64,000 nucleotides of DNA from Euprymna scolopes (Eukaryota): the NCBI GenBank assembly GCA_053919585.1, contig CM132803.1. The stretch is one strand, 5' to 3'. The notes beneath the pieces were generated by a model. That model made no database searches. It saw only the letters and a list, made by a program, of their open reading frames with translations, and was not told where the DNA came from. Below, in pieces: positions 35,690-46,199 of the stretch; positions within the stretch are counted from its first letter, which is position 1, and every line of letters starts with the position of its first letter. Position numbers and translations under genes: made by a program.

Positions 35690-36850
35690 TAATTTTGACT
35701 GTTACTTTTTTTTTTTTTTTCAGAATAATTGAATGTGCACAATTCTTAAGCTCCATATTTGTGGAAGAACCACACAGTTCTCCCAGGAATCTGTGCCAGA
35801 GGAAGAGAAATAAAAAGATCTCAAACTTTCTCAGCATAAGCAGGAAGATGGTAGCAACGGTCAGAAAGGAACTGGAAGATCAGGATTCGACTATTGGATA
35901 ACATCAGAGAGAAAAATGCCTGAATCAACCATCTAACTCTGTCGGAATACCAGAGTTCATTGCTCAAGTTCTGTGAAGGTGGGAATATGCTAATTCATTT
36001 TTTCCCTTAGGAGCTCAATCTAAATGCTGATGGCTAAATTCATGTTCTGAATGAGGTAGTAAAGCTGTGAATTAATTGCAGGTAATTGCAGATGGATTGT
36101 ATGCATGGCAGCAAGCAAGATTCAGCGCCATAACAGCCAGAAAACTCAAACTTTTATTTTGTTTGTTTCCAGAATAATTGATTATAATCAACTTTGAATC
36201 TCCATATTTGTGGGGAGAGACATGACGTTCTCCTTAGAATTTACACCAGAAGGACAAATAAAAACACTTCAGACTTCCTCAGCATCAGCAGAGGGAGATG
36301 AAAAGGTCAGAAATGAAACTGAAAGATTTAGGATTCATTTACAAGACAAAAGAAAAACACATGATCGAAAATCTAGCACCATGATATTCAGTATTATCAA
36401 CAATAAATGTGATGATGTGCTACCCTAACCCTAACCCTAACCCTACCAAGGGTCTCCAGGTGAACATCGATGGCTACATTCATGTTTTGAGCTAGATAGT
36501 GAAAACAGGGATCGACCAGATAGCTGCAGGTAGGTCATATGTGTGGCAGCAAGGCCCAGTGCCCTGCCACAACAACTGGAAGACCCAAGTCAGGTTGTCC
36601 TTCACCAGACATCGACTCTTCCAGTTCACCTGATTGCAACCTCCTTGATTTCTTTGTGTGCAATGCAGTGAAATGAGACACCAACGGATTCAACTTCAAC
36701 ACAAAGAATTTGGGGGGTCTGATTTGGGATACAATGACAAAGGCCTGTAGCCGTTTCTGTGGCTGACCCAAGGCTTGTAATCAAAGTCAAAGATGGTTTC
36801 ATTCAGTAAAACTGATGGAACAAATCATGTATTTAGATTTATTCATCAAA
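35690..36850 (+). mobile_element. maT/DD37D-like (Tc1/mariner) transposase remnants, two partial tandem copies
   Basis: WQQ..PCH..KTQ and SSPDCNLLDFFV..VK*DTN; the 5' segment is duplicated at ~35720 and ~36170. Confidence 0.6.
36423..36445. repeat. Short interstitial telomeric repeat (CCCTAA)n
   Basis: ccctaaccctaaccctaacccta. Confidence 0.85.
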
Positions 36851-37020
36851 TTTTGTCAGTTTGCCTTTATGACTTTGTCACCATCTCTCAACTTCAGCCC
36901 CAGTATTTAAAAAGATATGCATTGACTGGAAATATTGTCTCTAATAAAAGACTCCAAATGTTAGATCTACTGGCCTATTATTGGCATCTGCATAGAATGT
37001 TTTATTTAATCCATTGAGAT

Positions 37021-37425
37021 AGTATGCTCTTATTGCATCAACCATGATTAGACACAAGTCTTTAGTAATATTCTTAGTATCGTCCACAGTGAGGATTGGA
37101 CCTTCAACCTCTGGAAGAGTGTTACTTGGAATTGAATATTACTTAATACTTTATCCACAAGGATCCATGGCATAACAAAGTACTAAGTAAGTTCTAAGTG
37201 ACACTCCTCTGGAGGTTGAAGGTTCAATCCTCAGCACAGGCAATACTAAGACTACAATTGCAAATTATTTAAAACTTTTTACCCAGTCATGGCTGACAAA
37301 ACCAGAGCATGTTACCTCTGGGTGCAATAAAAAGTTCTGTTCAGAATTTCAGGCAGATTCCTAAAATCGTCGGTTACATTAGCCAAAAAACGCTGCGTAA
37401 ATAAGTCAGAATAATCCAAATGATG
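37021..37425. mobile_element. Head-to-head pair of tRNA-headed SINE copies
   Basis: 37021-37165(-) and 37161-37425(+) share gaggttgaaggt(t/c)caatcctca and atactaaga. Confidence 0.75.
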
Positions 37426-37467
37426 CATACATATTTCACTTGTTAAGTTTACAACAGTGCAATGTTA

Positions 37468-38405
37468 CGAGGTGCCTTCAATAATTTTGCAGACTTTTTT
37501 GTACAGGCATTTAAAATTGTTGTAGACTCTTGAAAATTCAGTATGTTATTGCTATACATCTTATCAGATGACTGACCAATTTTTTATGATTTTAGGTGCA
37601 ACTGAACAGCTACAGCAGGAATTGGAATACACCCTACTAAAGCCTGATTATCACATCCAGAATGAATTTTAAAAAATTCACTCTGGATGTGAAAATACTT
37701 ATGTGGCAAAAGAGATTCAAGAAAGGCAGGGAATCTGTGAGAAATGATGAGGCGTGTAAGGAAGTCAGAACACCAGAGTTGATTAACCAAATAAAGAATT
37801 TTATGGATAAGGACTAAGTGCATAGTTTGATGTCAGTGTGGGAACTGTACACACAATTATTCGTGAGGAACTGAAGATGCAGAAGATACAGAAGTGTGCT
37901 CAGAGAAGATCAGAAAGAAAGACGTTGTCATGACAGCAGGGAGATGGTCAAGTTGATCAATTCAGATCTCACTATGACTCAGAGACCAAGAAACAGAGTT
38001 CCCAGGTGGAGCATGCTAGCTCTCCCAGACCAAAGAAGGCCAGGTAGAGCAAATCCAACTTATGATGTCCCCATTTTTTCTTTTTTTTTTTTTTACATGG
38101 TAGTCACCACTTATAAAGGCTCGGAAGCCACTCGGGGATAAGGGTTATTGCATGTACAGTAATCAATGGGATAGTATCGTAGTAATCGTTAGTATTGGAG
38201 ATTTGATAAAGTGTCTTACTTAAGTTCATCAGGAATTTGTTTATGTTGGACTTAGACTTTTTGTGACAGCATGGGTATGGTCTACATACACTGGGTTTCC
38301 ACTGGACAAATAGTCAACAGGGAATACTATGTTGAGTTTCATGTGTGTACTATCAATAAGCGTGCCCATATGGAAAAAGTCTGGAAACTTATTGAAGAAA
38401 TCTCA
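37468..38405 (+). mobile_element. Internally deleted mariner (same family as 4118-5029) with a nested LINE tail at 38073-38255(-)
   Basis: Same TIRs and TA flanks; PFFDS.GMVYIHWVSTGQIVNREYY remnant. Confidence 0.9.
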
Positions 38406-38459
38406 TACTTGTAAGTGAATGCTGAGTTTCCACTAATTTGGTTTCTCTGAAAATGCAGT

Positions 38460-39600
38460 TCTGGGTTTTTGGAGTCGCATGATTGTCCCCATTGTGGGAC
38501 AACGGCCGTAGAAACGACTGATTACGCTTTCTTCGATTGCTGCAAACTCCGCCAGTACTGGTCGTATGTCAGCGAGATGATGGCTCGCATCGATCCTGAG
38601 CGTCCTCGCCCAATTACTGTATCCAATGTCATGGACAACGTGAGGCCGCCGTGGGACTGGGAAAGGCAACTGTTTTACGTTACGATCCTAGCCTTGGCGA
38701 GAATGGTGATTTGGTCTGCAAGGTTGCCGGGGGGGGGGGGGTCTTTTTCTGATCAGGATCTGATGGCTTTCTTTAAACACCAACTACAGATGAAGATCAG
38801 ATGTGATAGAAGAAGGCTGAATCGCGCAGCATTTGACAGAAAATGGATACATGTAGCAACTCTGTGTGTACGAAGAAGAACCAAATTTGAATACGTGTTT
38901 CCTGCCTAGGTGTGGAACGCGAAGTTCTGTAAAGTAAAATTAAACAAGTAGCCTCTCAGCTAGTTGAGTGTGTGTTCCATCCCTCCCCGATTAGGAAGCC
39001 TCCAAGATCTCCACCCCCTCCTACTTGCAATTTTTGTTTTCACCCCCTCCTCTAAATTTCACCCATCTTGGAGAGAAAGAAATACAAACTAACCCCCATC
39101 CCTTACTCACAAAATTTTCTTTTCTTCATTCACCCACATCTAGAGAGTATCCCCACTTAGAGATTGACCCACAGAAGCGAGGTTCCTTTTACAAACCTAG
39201 TGGAACGGGCAGTCAACTAGACGGAGTTGGGAGGGTCCTACTAATCACCTTTTGTTTTTTCTTCCCCCCCGCCCTCAACACAAATGAATTATTGTACCAT
39301 TTTATTATCTTTTTTGTTTTTACATGTCAACCATTTTATTGTTATCTTTTTTGTTTTTACACGTCAATAAAAAATGTTTTAAAAATTGGGAGTTAAGTAG
39401 GTCATCCCCCAGAATGAAAGGGTGATTGCGGTATTATGGTGAAAGAAGATACTAGCTGGGAGAAACTTTTGATTTTATTTAGTTCTGGAGTGATAAGGAT
39501 GACCAACGACCCCCCACAATTCCCCCTTTTGAGTTGGCCATGTGCCTAAGTCTTTTGTTCATTGTTGATTTTCACTGTATTTTTAACATGAATAAAGGAT
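38460..39600 (+). mobile_element. Tx1/L1-like LINE 3' end (zinc knuckle + 3' UTR)
   Basis: CPHCG-x4-ETTDYAFFDC...W...ILALARMVIW..R; AATAAA at 39367 and 39591. Confidence 0.75.
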
Positions 39601-39608
39601 TTAATATC

Positions 39609-39860
39609 TCAAAGTGTAGTATCTGTTCTGGCAGATACTGCAAGCAAAGACCATATGGGAGGGGGGGGGCAATCCCACATATAAGACCTTGGTCAATGTA
39701 GGGGCAACCCTTCATGTCAATGTAGGGGCAACCCTTCATACCAATTGTCACTATCCAGCTCCCCTACTCCCCAGGGAGTTAGTCCTCATTTCCACTTCAC
39801 TCCTCACATTAAAAATCGGCCTTGTGCCTAATTTTCTCGGTGGGGGAGCAAATAAATACC
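39609..39860 (+). mobile_element. U2-headed SINE-like element (different body, shared tail)
   Basis: tcaaagtgtagtatctgttct head; tail cctcacattaaaaatcggccttgtg...gtggggg..aaataaata. Confidence 0.6.
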
Positions 39861-39862
39861 CT

Positions 39863-39907
39863 TTTCTTGGCCTTTTGGCCAAGATCAAAGTGTAGTATCT
39901 GTTCTTA
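39863..39907 (+). pseudogene. U2 snRNA 5' fragment (~nt 5-48)
   Basis: ttcttggccttttggccaagatcaaagtgtagtatctgttctta; no Sm site or 3' half. Confidence 0.9.
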
Positions 39908-40629
39908 CTACATGCTGTACATGTTTGTAACTTTGTGATATAAAGTGGGGGATCACTTTTCTGTATTAATTTAATGTAAAATGATCACCCACTTTACAAC
40001 CAGTCAGTCTCAAAGCCATTCAAGTCATTCTCCAGATCATTCAAGTTGTTTTTGAAGGATTCCAGTTATTTTTTAAGTCATTCTTAAGGTCATTCAATTC
40101 ATCCTTATGTTCATTAAAGTTATTCTAAATCATTTACTTTTTATTTATTTAAGTCATTTCAGCCCATTTTTTGGTCATTTTAGTTTATCTTTAAGAATTT
40201 CATGTCAATCCTACATTCACGCATTCATTCATTACACGAGAGCACGCGACTAATGGCTATCGGCCTTGTTTTCTTGAATATCAATTTAAATCAAAATTGG
40301 TTTTGCTTTTTATTATTCTATTAAACATTTAGTGATGTAAAAAAAAAAACAAAGAAAAACAGTTTATTTTTTATACTCATGAGAAATAGTAGTACTTTAG
40401 CTGGCACTTTGATTTGAAAGTTTTTATTTGTTTGCTTTTTTTTAATTTTTATTCTGAAAACATTATCATTATTGATGGGATGGCATGTAAAGGAGAAAAC
40501 AATTATACAAGAACGAATGTTGTTTGTTAGAAAACTGGCTTAAGCAAATCTCATTATGGCAAAAGATTTGTTATTTCCTGAAAGAATCAATCGAAGAAAA
40601 GTGTTATTTTGATTAAAAAATTAAGAAGT

Positions 40630-41195
40630 GAAACATACATGGTCCCCCGTGAGTGCACAGTGAACGAGGCATTAAAAAAATGACTTTCAGCATTTGCACC
40701 TCCCCCATTTAACCCCAAAAGTCCTCAAGGCCTTAACATATTTAAATTTGAGTTCAGCACCATGCAAAACTGCTACATAGACATACACAGAAAATTTGAG
40801 ACAAATATGGTAAAATAGTCCCAAAAATGGAGTGTTTTTATTAGCCCTAAAGGAGCCCCTGGGGCACATCCAAGAGTTATTGTGAAGTATAGACAAACAA
40901 AATTATATAGAAATCAGTTAGTTTCAACTTTTCAGAGAGTTTTATGAAAATCCAAGGCATAAATTTTTTTTTAATAAGCACAAAAATATCAATTTTATCC
41001 ATTTTAACTTGAAAGGCACCCCTAGTGGGTGCAACCGGAGTTTTCCCAGAAAATCCGTTCTGCTACATTTTTACTCATATCATGTTTAATGTTTGCGCAA
41101 AATTTTAAAAAATTAATGTGGACAGACGAACAGACGAATGGACAAGTGTGAATTTATAAGTCCACCCTTTTTCTGCCGGGAGACCAAAAAAAAAT
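40630..41195 (+). mobile_element. Helentron-associated (HINE/DINE-like) non-autonomous element
   Basis: ggacagacgaacagacgaatggac microsatellite-like block, short GC-rich 3' segment and an A-run. Confidence 0.45.
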
Positions 41196-41265
41196 TTTAA
41201 TTCAGAATTGCATTAAAAAAAGGTAACTTTTAAATAGGAATCAGATTGTTGGGAAATTTTATACG

Positions 41266-41469
41266 CACTAGAACCCTGGGATACGGTATTAAAAATTAGT
41301 AACAAAATTCAGTACAGTATATAATACACATGTATATAATCAAATAACATTGTAAATAATACCGTAAGGTAGGGAAAATACTGTAACTAGGGGCCAGAAA
41401 AACATCGTATTTCACATTGTAACCTGAAAAAACTGTATCCTAGGGCTACCGTATCCCAAGGTTCTAGTG
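41266..41469. mobile_element. MITE with CACTA termini
   Basis: cactagaaccctgggatacggta / taccgtatcccaaggttctagtg; no clear TSD. Confidence 0.75.
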
Positions 41470-41580
41470 TAATTTTAAAATTATACTGGTCACTCTTGAT
41501 TAAGAAAAAAAGTGGACTGCAAGATTAAGCATTGGCATCTAAAATATTTGCTTTTTCTTATAAAATAAAATTAATATATA

Positions 41581-41713
41581 TGTAGCAGTCACAGAGAACT
41601 ATTTTCTCTGGTGAATCAATACGCTCTGTTAGCTGATAGGTCAGCCTGTGGCCGGAGAACTCAGAGGGGGAGCATTGATTCACCAGAGAAAATAGTTCTC
41701 TGTGGCTGCTACA
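41581..41713. mobile_element. 133-bp MITE with 40-bp TIRs, TA(TA) flanks
   Basis: tgtagcagtcacagagaactattttctctggtgaatcaat and its reverse complement (1 mismatch). Confidence 0.85.
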
Positions 41714-41719
41714 TATATA

Positions 41720-42257
41720 TCTATAAAGATGAGCATGTGTTTATGTGTGTGCGTGTGTGTGTGTGCATGTGTGTGAGGACACTTCTCAACCTATATACTC
41801 AACGAATTTTTGTTCTACAGACTTGAAATTTGGTATATAGAATATTCAGACATATGGAAAACTATTTAATTGGTTTTCATTTGGAAAAAAGGGCTGCGAT
41901 GTGGTCAAAATTGCAAAATTGATACATGGTGGGTCATCGGATTTTTATCTGTTTGCTGTTTTATGACTGTGTATGCGTGAATCATTCCCATTACGGATTG
42001 CTTATGCTAAGATTAAGTAGATTTTTAAAACACTTTTTTATGATCGTGTCAAGCTGGCCTAATGGTTATTGTACTTGACTCACTGTCTTTAGGTTTTGGT
42101 TTTGATCTCAGCTCAAGTATTTTTTTTTTTTACTTACAAGAACTGAATTGTTTAGACAAAACATAATACTCGCATGCATATGTCTCAGTTTCTGTATGAA
42201 TTAAAATAGAATATTTATGCGTATTTTATGATCAGGCAACACTGGGTGGCCTACTAG
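41720..42257 (+). mobile_element. Non-autonomous Helitron-type element
   Basis: TCTATAAAG start, (GT)n, CTAG|T end; a tRNA-like remnant at ~42052-42112. Confidence 0.65.
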
Positions 42258-42555
42258 TTTTAATCTAAATTAGCAAAAAGGCAAAAACAAAAAAAAAACT
42301 TTATCTTCTAAAATCAAATGGACCCTCCCCCTTCATGAAAATAAAAAAAGACTTTCCAAGCTATGTCTATGCTCTGTTAACTTTTATGAAGAGTAAGTAA
42401 AATAAATTGTTTTTTTTGGGGGGTGGGGAGGTATTCTTTTTCAAAAAGTGAATATTTTAAATCGCTTTGTTTATCTTTGAAATCTATTGAACCTTTGGGG
42501 ATTAAAGTTCCTTTTCATTTAAATCTTTTATTCAATTTTAATAAGCTGTTATTAT

Positions 42556-42729
42556 TAGGGTTAGGACAACAGCATATTCTTTTCATTGTTTTGACTCTCG
42601 AGTGTGTATCCATTGACATCTTATATGCTTTTGTATAGAGTAATGTGATTCTCGGTTGATTAACTGAGTCTGTCTCGGATATATACACAAGAGTCAAAAC
42701 AATAAGAATATTCTTTTGTCATAGCCCTA
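42556..42729. mobile_element. hAT MITE
   Basis: TAGGG...CCCTA termini with a perfect 8-bp TSD gttattat. Confidence 0.9.
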
Positions 42730-42742
42730 GTTATTATATAGT

Positions 42743-42858
42743 ATATACAGTACAATCACTTTGACACGCCGGTTCTCACCAGATTACCAAAGTTAAGCAA
42801 TGATGAGCCTGGCCAGTACCAGATGGGTGACTATTCGGGAATATTAGACACTGTATAG
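42743..42858 (+). pseudogene. Full-length degenerate 5S rRNA copy / SINE3-like head
   Basis: acacgccggttctc, aagttaagca, gagcctggccagtac, gatgggtgac and gggaata..ctgta are colinear with 5S rRNA. Confidence 0.8.
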
Positions 42859-43039
42859 GGTGATGCGACAGTACTACTGTTAAAGGAAAAGTAAGGTGCC
42901 TCCTTCCCTTCACTAGTCTGTGGGAGACTCTTGGGCCAAGAATCCACTTCAGCCCCTCCTCCTGCCATGATCATAGTAGCATGAGGTCATGGAAAGCAGG
43001 TGACCAATGTAATATGGAATAATTCTGTTTATTGTTTCA

Positions 43040-43318
43040 TATCTTATTGTACGGAGCAGAAAATTCCTTAGGATACAATGGTCAGGACAATTGTCCAGTA
43101 CAGGCACTGCTTGGACAGAAAGAAACTGCAACCTACTGTCTGTACAACTACAAAGAAAGCTACAGTAAAAAATCAAAACACTTTCAAGAAACAGCGTGAA
43201 TGTGGTTTGGAATGATAAGCATCAATGAATTCATGAATGCCTCAAGGGAGAAAGATAGACAGAGAGTCATAGCCGCCAATGAATATACCAGGCAGGACAT
43301 CACTTGAATGAATTAATT
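43040..43318 (+). mobile_element. Degraded RTE LINE 3' end
   Basis: LLYGAE motif; 43220-43312 is the reverse-complement homolog of 10680-10773. Confidence 0.65.
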
Positions 43319-43489
43319 ATATAGTATGAGGCACATGTGAAAATTGCATTCCAAGTAAAAATTCTTCTATACACTTGCATATCAAGGAAAAATAAGAATC
43401 CTTGCCAAAAATTAGGAAAAATTATTGAATAAGAATTTAATTAAAAATAAAAATCAGTTTTCATATTTTGCCGATCATCAGTATTACTT

Positions 43490-43830
43490 AATTGACAGAC
43501 ATACTTATCTCCCCCTTGTTTTATGGGCATTTCCGCTCTCATCAATAGTGAAAAAAGGTTTAGACTCAATTCTGATGGCTATATTAAGTTGCTGTCCACT
43601 ATGCTCAGGCACTGGGTGGACAGGGTGGAAGCAGAACTCTGCTGTGTCACACACTTCTGGGAAAACACAAGTGTAACTGTCTAAGAACTGCCACAACTCT
43701 ACCAGTCTAAACATCTAACTACTCCCACCATGAAACTTACTTGATTGCAATGCCATAGACTATTTCTGTATGGGGAATAGTTGAGAAACACACCAACCTG
43801 TAAGACCAAGGATGAGCTGTTTGCTTGGAT
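43490..43830 (+). mobile_element. maT/DD37D-like transposase remnant
   Basis: GLRLNSDGYIKLL, QNSAVSHTSGKTQ, DCNAIDYF..GIVEKHTN..KTKDEL. Confidence 0.65.
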
Positions 43831-44264
43831 CAAACTGGTGTTCAAATGTCTCTTGAAGAACACTATGAATGCCATGTGCTACAAGTTCTGCCTAAAGGCC
43901 AAGGTACAGGTTCATAACAGCATGTTTCAAGTGAGCTGAATTTGGCAAAAGATCCTCCCTTGAAAAGAGATGCATTTTGCATTTTAAGAATTATTGGCCA
44001 AGATATGATGCTTTTTCTTACTTCTCCCAACAATGTCAAATTTGTCTTGGACACACCATACAAGATTCAGCATATATCAAAAGAAATGGTTGAATAAAAC
44101 GATAAATGCTAAACTTCTTTCTTGATTTCAGGTAAATTACAGCATATATACAAAATGAACAAATATCTTTGTTCCTAGTAATCCTTTATTTTAAATTCTT
44201 TGTACATTATGCAAAATACTGTATTCCATTTTCTGAATTTTTGAGATGAGGATTGGTTATTCAT

Positions 44265-44750
44265 ATCATCTGGATTCATAGAACTACTGTTCTCATCTTG
44301 AGTGTCGTTTTCATAACATTTCAGTTGATGTAACCTCCGACCTTCTTCAGGTGTATCTTATTGAACTCGGGAATGCTTCTGTCCAACTTAAAAATTTGGA
44401 CAGAATTGCAGACTGAAGGACCCATGGCGCAGTGGTTAGAGTACTTGGAAAAATTAATTGTAAAATAGATATTCTCCTGAAGGTTGAAGATTCAATCCTC
44501 AGTGTGAGCAACAGAAAAATACAATTGTGATTTACTTAGGATCTCTATCCAGTCATGGCTGATGGAATAAGAGCATACTACCCCCATGAAGTAAATAAAG
44601 AGCTCCATTCGAAATTCTGTCCAAATTCCTAAGTTCGACAGAAATATTCCCGTGTTTGACAAGATACACCTGATTGAAGGTTACACTGACCAAAATGTTG
44701 TGAAAATCACATTCAAGATGGGAAAAGTAGCCCGATGAATCCAAATAATA
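44265..44750 (+). mobile_element. tRNA-headed SINE (44418-44750) with an inverted tail copy (44265-44410)
   Basis: A-box tggcgcagtggttaga and B-box-like gattcaatcc. The inverted tail has acacCTGAAGAaggtcg..caactGAAAtgtt. Confidence 0.8.
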
Positions 44751-44829
44751 CAAATAATGTCTTCCGTTAAAAGTATATGTTTGTGCCATAGTTTTATTTT
44801 TCCTCTTTATACCTAAGTTAATTAAAACA

Positions 44830-46075
44830 AAAAGTTGAATGCACAAACTGTTTCTGACCAAAAGGAAAAATGGTATGCAGCCCCTGTTTCGGACAAACTG
44901 AAAAAGTTATATGCACCAAAGATGCTGTCATTGTTTTAATGATTTGAAGAACCACATCATCATCTACTTAGATCAGAAGATCTTTACAATGGATTCAGTC
45001 AAACAAGCAGAATAATTTATGCTGTTAGCTTTGATCTGGACTTATATGAGATCTATGACTAAGTACTCAGCTTTTGCGAGGATGCTTAGCATTATAGCCT
45101 CAAATGGAGAGAAGGTTCCACCTGTCTGATTCAAAACAAGCTGTCGGTTAACTGCTCTTTGCTAGAATTTGCTTCCTTCCCCATGACAAAGTGGTATACA
45201 GACCTTGTTTCCAAACAATGAATAATATGATGTGTATCAATTGTTTCTGACCAATAAGAAGTAATTTAAACAACCTGTTTTGAACCAATAAGAAAAGTGA
45301 TATGCACCAACTATTTCCTAACACATGAAAAAGTTGCACGTAGCACCTGTTTCTGACGAAACGGAAAAATCATATGCAGTAGTTCTGATAAATTATAAAA
45401 GGTCTAGGCATCAATTGTTTCTGGCCATTGTTAAAAAATGTACCTATTGTTTGTGGCAATTAGTAAAAAAAAAAAGTAAAAAAGTACCAATTGTTTCTGA
45501 CAAAATAGTAATAACACTGTTTTATACCACAGAAAAATATGTGGCATGCACCATTTGTTTCTGACTAAATGGAAAAATGTTATCCACCAATTGAATCTGG
45601 CCAAATGGTTATGTGCACCAAATGTTTCTTATCAAAGGGAAAAGTTATATGCACCAACTGTTTCTAATGATTGGTAAAAGGTATACGTACCAATACTTTC
45701 AAACTATTGGTTAAAGATGTATGAACCAATAGTATCTGACTATTGGTAAAAGATGTATGCACCAATTGTTTCTGACCATTGTTAAAAGGTGTATGAACTA
45801 ATTGTTTTTAATATTGGCAAAAGGTGTATACACCAGTAGTATCTGACTATTGGTAAAAGGTGTACACACCAATAGTTTCTGACCATTGGTTAAAGGTGTA
45901 TGAAGTAATAGTATCTAACCATTGGTAAAAGGTGTACGCGCCAATTGTTTTTAACCATTGGTAAAACGTATATGCGCCAATTGTTTTTAACCATTGGTAA
46001 AAGGTATATGCACAAATTGTTTCTGACCATGGTAAAAGGTGTTTACACAAATTGTTCCTGACCATGGTAAAAGCA
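44830..46075. repeat. 36-bp minisatellite
   Basis: Unit ~ggtaaaaggtgtatgcaccaattgtttctgaccatt, most homogeneous at 45640-46075. Confidence 0.9.
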
Positions 46076-46199
46076 AGCTTCACTCTCCCCAATGCTTCAC
46101 TTCAAACTGTGAACCTGCCATTGCGCAAAATTAGCATGCATTCAACTGATTCATCCACTATAAGTAGAAATAGGTAAAAATTCATGGAAGCTAGAAATC

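Noticed and set aside
39863-39907. Functional U2 snRNA gene
   Set aside because: Only ~45 nt match; there is no stem II, Sm site or 3' domain.
44418-44510. Functional tRNA gene (also 24255-24325, 29655-29720, 42052-42112)
   Set aside because: A/B-box similarity only, no clean cloverleaf, and embedded in repeats.
44830-46075. CRISPR-like 36-bp repeats and the 12-aa-repeat ORF 45847-46092
   Set aside because: Units are head-to-tail without unique spacers, the context is eukaryotic and there are no cas genes. The ORF is a by-product of the 36-bp period.
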